In this document: in pieces, positions 60,361 to 64,000 of the stretch
How positions within the stretch are numbered: position 1 is the first letter of the stretch
How the letters are laid out: each line of letters starts with the position of its first letter
Source of the DNA: Octopus sinensis
Lineage: Eukaryota
Direction of reading: 5' to 3'
DNA length: 64,000 nt
Assembly: GCF_006345805.1 (NCBI RefSeq)
Contig: NC_043009.1
Span: 60,512,001-60,576,000 of the forward strand
The notes under the pieces: generated by a model
Databases searched by the model: none
What the model was told of the DNA's origin: nothing
Seen by the model: only the letters and a program-made list of their open reading frames with translations
Made by a program: the position numbers and the translations under genes

Positions 60361-60728
60361 GTGGTTAGGGCAGCGGACTCGCGGTCATAGGATCGCGGTT
60401 TCGATTCCCAGACCGGGCGTTGTGAGTGTTTATTGAGCGAAAACAACTAAAAGTTCCACGAGGCTCTGGCAGGGGATGGTGGTGATCCCTGCCGTACTCT
60501 TTCACCACAACTTTCTCTCACTCTTACTTCCTGTTTCTGTTGTACCTGTATTTCAAAGGGCCGGCCTTATCACTCTCTGTGTCACGCTGAATATCCCCGA
60601 GAATTACGTTAAGGGTACACGTGTCTGTGGAGTGCTCAGCCACTTACACGTTAATTTCACGAGCAGGCTGTTCCGTTGATTCGGATCAACCGGAACTCTC
60701 GTCGTCGTAACCGACGGAGTGCTTCCAT
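60361..60728 (+). mobile_element. SINE family B
   Basis: Nearly full length. Confidence 0.85.
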
Positions 60729-60912
60729 CCATATATATAAGCAGGAGCGCACACAAGGACGGAAAGTGTCGCTGAAGGGTTCACAGATGTGTGACGAAAG
60801 GTTTTCGGACAGTGGACATGAGTTAAAGAACAGTAATAAACGGGTGAAGAACGAATATATATATAGTGTGTGTGTTTATTTGGCAAAATAAAAATGACCA
60901 TCAAGAAATACA

Positions 60913-60955
<43 letters not shown>

Positions 60956-61070
60956 GTATGTGTGTGTATGTGTGTGTATCTATACGTGTGTGCGTATGTG
61001 TATGTGTGTACACATGAACATGTGTTAATGAGTGATAAGAAAAGTCAGATGAAATGTGTGTTTGTGTGTG

Positions 61071-61101
<31 letters not shown>

Positions 61102-61630
61102 ATGTGTGTGTGTGTGTGTGTGGCACTTAGGCGTTTTAAGTGCAAGAATATTTGTAATTTTATACCGAAATGGCGCCCTGCTATAATTCGTCTCTTGAAT
61201 ATAAGCCACGACATACTTGAAATTTAAATAGCTTTAATGTTTGTATATGTAAGAGAATTCTTTCAAGAAATGTCGGGTTGGTAAGGTTATGATTAAGGAC
61301 AATATAACAAGGAAATTAGAAGACTACGCCTTATATTTTACAAGGCCAAAATCAAGTTGTGTTTTCTGTTTGTATATGAGAAAATCGTTTTATAGGCGTG
61401 AAGAGTACAATGAAAGGATATGGGAAATACTTGACATGGGAAATACTTAATTGCTTACATAAGCCAGAAATGAAATACAAAAAAATTAGTTCAATATGGT
61501 TCACTACACACAATACGGTAATCTTTTGACTATGGCGGGCGTTACATTCCAAATCCCTCTCCCCCCACGCGATACGTGAAAATCCGCAAAGTAAAAACAG
61601 AAATCTGTACTGTATGTATATATATATATA

Positions 61631-61665
<35 letters not shown>

Positions 61666-61676
61666 CATTTGTAAAG

Positions 61677-61679
<3 letters not shown>

Positions 61680-61748
<69 letters not shown>

Positions 61749-61794
61749 TATATATATATATATATATATATATAAGATATATATATATAATATA

Positions 61795-61833
<39 letters not shown>

Positions 61834-61838
61834 TAATA

Positions 61839-61913
<75 letters not shown>

Positions 61914-61919
61914 ATATAG

Positions 61920-61950
<31 letters not shown>
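61680..61950. repeat. (TA)n microsatellite
   Basis: Visible; other long tracts at 28620-28700, 40850-41055 and 62405-62565. Confidence 0.95.
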
Positions 61951-61954
61951 TATG

Positions 61955-62220
61955 TGGAGGCGCAATGGCCTAGTGGTTAGGGCAGCGGACTCGCGATCGC
62001 AGGATCACGGTTTCGATTCCCAGACCGGGCGTTGTGTTTGTTTTTATTGAGCAAAAACACCTAAAAGCTCCACGAGGCTCCGGCAGGGGGTGGTGATCCC
62101 TGCTGTACTCTTTCACCACTCTTTCTCCCACTCCGTTTAGCCTTCATTCGAAGGCTAAAACAATGCGAACGCATTGTGACCAGCGATGTGTAACAACATC
62201 TGATGGTCTGGTCGGTCAAG
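61955..62220 (+). mobile_element. SINE family B variant
   Basis: Same head/tail combination as 18616-18910. Confidence 0.75.
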
Positions 62221-62249
62221 AAAAAAAAAATTCATGTGACATATATATA

Positions 62250-62382
62250 TAATCCACTCACAAGGCTTTGATCGGCTCGAAGCTATAGTAGAAGACACTT
62301 GCCCAAAGTGCCATGCAGTGGGAATGAACCCACAACCATGTGGTTGGTAAGCAAACTACTTACCACACAGCCATTCCTGCGC
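62250..62382 (-). mobile_element. SINE family C head fragment
   Basis: Match to the family C 5' half. Confidence 0.75.
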
Positions 62383-62399
62383 TATGGAAGAGAAAACTA

Positions 62400-62569
<170 letters not shown>

Positions 62570-62587
62570 AGTGTGTATATATATATA

Positions 62588-63898
62588 CTGGGAAGCCAGG
62601 GGCTGCACCAGGCTCCAGTCTGATCAGGATGCCCTTCCTAACGCCAACCACTCCGTGAGTGTAGTGGGTGCTTTTTACGTGTCAGGGGAGTCTGGCATCG
62701 GCCATGATCGGTTGGTGCTTTTAACGTGCCACCGACACAGAAGCCAGTCGAGGCGGCGCTGGCATCGGCCACATTCGGATGGTGCTTTTTATGTGCCACC
62801 GACACAGAAGCCAGTCGAGGCGGCGCTGGCATCGGCCACGTTCGGATGGTGCTTTTTATGTGCCATCGGCACAGGTATCACAACTACTATTTCCATTGAT
62901 ATTTATTTCGATGTTCATGTACTTGACTCAATAGGTCTCCTCAAGCACAGCGGTATGTTCTGGTATCCAAGGTACTTTGAATGGGCAGGGCTATGCGGGA
63001 CTGGTGCAGGAAGCAGCCCGGGTCTTTGCAGTCTCAGCATATCTCCAGAGATCTTGGTCCTTCGTCATTGCCTCTGTGAGGCCCAACCATCTGAGGTCAC
63101 GCTTGACTACCTCATCCCATGTCTTCCTGGGTCTTCCTCTCCCCCTGATACCTTCAACTGTTTGGGAGCGGCACTTCTTCACACATCTCTCCTCATCCAT
63201 CCGCAGTACATGACCATACCATCGCAAGCGTTGCTCTTGCACACCACATCTGATGCTTCGTATGTCCAGCATTTCTCTCAGGGTGCTTACTCTCTGTCGT
63301 GCGCGCACACTGACATTACACATCCAGCGGATCATGCTAGCTTCATTCCTTTCGAGTCTACGCATGTCCTCTGCAGTCACAGCCCATGTTTCCCTACCGT
63401 GAAGCATGGCAGTTCGCACACATGCATCATACAATCTACCTTTCACTCTGAGCGAGAGACCCTTTGTCGCCAGTAGGGGTAGGAGCTTTCTAAACTTTGC
63501 CCAGGCTATTCGTATTCTAGTGGTGACACTCTCTGAGCATCCACCTCCACTACTAACTTGGTCACCCAGGTAGCGGAAACTATCAACTACTTCTAGTTTC
63601 TCCCCCTGGAGTGTGATGGGATCTGTTTTCTGAGTATCTGTGGTGTCTATTGTCCCTGTGCATCTGCCGCACATGAAAGCTATCTTATCAGTTAATTTCC
63701 CTTTGATGTTGCTGCACCTCTTATGCGTCCATAGCTTACACTGGGTACATCTTATGGAGTTTCTACCTACACCTTCCTACAGATCGAGCAGGGCCACCTG
63801 CCCGAGAGTGTGTGTGCTGAGTTCGCCTTTCTGCTTACTATAATTTTGGTCTTTGCTACGTTTACTGTAAGGCCCTTTGATTCTAACCCTTGCTTCCA
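62588..63898 (-). mobile_element. RTE LINE 3' part (RT plus family D 3' UTR), cut by the assembly gap
   Basis: 227-aa ORF 62991..63674 with LEVVDSFRYLGD...KGRLYDACVRTAMLHG...RLRWYGHV...GRPRKTW. Confidence 0.92.
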
Positions 63899-63998
63899 NN
63901 NNNNNNNNNNNNNNNNNNNNNNNNNNNNNNNNNNNNNNNNNNNNNNNNNNNNNNNNNNNNNNNNNNNNNNNNNNNNNNNNNNNNNNNNNNNNNNNNNN
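63899..63998. other. Assembly gap (100 N)
   Basis: Run of N. Confidence 1.
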
Positions 63999-64000
63999 AT

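Overview
Eukaryotic, AT-rich, repeat-dominated window; the mix of tRNA-derived SINEs, RTE LINEs, Helitrons and (TA)n/(CA)n microsatellites suggests a coleoid cephalopod (Octopus-like), which is an inference. No long ORF in the track is a host gene: they come from microsatellites, a minisatellite or transposon relics. Reading splice signals by eye gives the 3' part of an unidentified + strand gene at about 3.1-18.4 kb. It has one 171-nt exon and a chain of 30-44-nt micro-exons, two of which are tandem paralogues with near-identical intron flanks but diverged coding sequence. The strongest unexplained signal is at least four unrelated repeat families carrying type I hammerhead ribozyme folds. 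One is a canonical hammerhead in a 469-nt tandem unit (retrozyme/Penelope-like, 32.1-32.8 kb). Another is an inverted pair in the micro-exon gene's intron (14.9-15.4 kb), and one family has a G3-C8 swapped core. A 3.9-kb 22-bp minisatellite (45.1-49.0 kb) starts inside a Chapaev-like transposase relic, and each consensus unit carries a TCF/LEF site plus a helper-like motif. Merlin, mariner, Helitron, Gypsy, CR1, R4/Dong and RTE relics are also present. There is no CRISPR array, rRNA or true tRNA gene. Repeat boundaries are approximate and no database search or folding program was run.
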